Position numbers and translations under genes: made by a program
The notes under the pieces: model-generated
What the model saw: the letters and a program-made list of their open reading frames with translations, nothing else
What the model was told of the DNA's origin: nothing
The model's database searches: none
Shown here: positions 63,838 to 64,000 of the stretch, in pieces
Position numbering within the stretch: the first letter of the stretch is position 1
How the letters are laid out: every line of letters starts with the position of its first letter
From: Mobula hypostoma
Taxonomy: Eukaryota
Reading direction: 5' to 3'
Assembly: GCF_963921235.1 (NCBI RefSeq)
Contig: NC_086097.1
Span: forward strand, 216,258,001 to 216,322,000
DNA: 64,000 nucleotides

Positions 63838-64000
63838 ACACAAGAGATTCTGCAGAAGCTGGAAATCTTGAGCAATCTGCACATGATGCTGGAGGCAAAC
63901 AGCAGGTCGGACGGAGGGAAATGATCCGTCGATACTTTGGGCTGAGAGCCTCCTTCAGGACTCAGATGTTGATAACGGGTCTCAGTACAAAACTTTGACT
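63838..64000. mobile_element. PLE-derived palindromic element, cut off by the window edge
   Basis: acacaagagattctgcagaagctggaaatc arm, followed by two opposed decayed hammerhead halves. Confidence 0.6.

Overview
Eukaryotic, AT-rich, transposon-dense intronic or intergenic DNA. The repeat content suggests a cartilaginous fish, possibly a ray (inference). I recognise no host protein-coding exon. Nearly all long ORFs belong to retrotransposons or are antisense shadows of them. The window holds several CR1-clade LINEs of different ages, including a young near-identical inverted pair, one member of which has an ORF2 broken by a single stop. It also holds Penelope-like elements (PLEs) with GIY-YIG remnants, minimal hammerhead motifs and fold-back structures, Rex1/Babar-type LINE fragments, a HERO-type (RLE) 3' fragment, V-SINE-like SINEs, two Tc1-like relics and a solo LTR. 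A three-copy ORF-less non-autonomous retroelement and a 28-bp minisatellite are also present. The most interesting observations are: (1) a hammerhead-like core in a non-standard strand order in the HERO-type 3' UTR; (2) a ~40-copy minisatellite whose unit matches a segment of the adjacent PLE reverse transcriptase; (3) hammerhead-bearing palindromic PLE derivatives; (4) the ORF-less element with an L1-like 5' end and a 3' stem-loop tail. All family assignments come from motif recognition, not database searches, and boundaries of old repeats are approximate.
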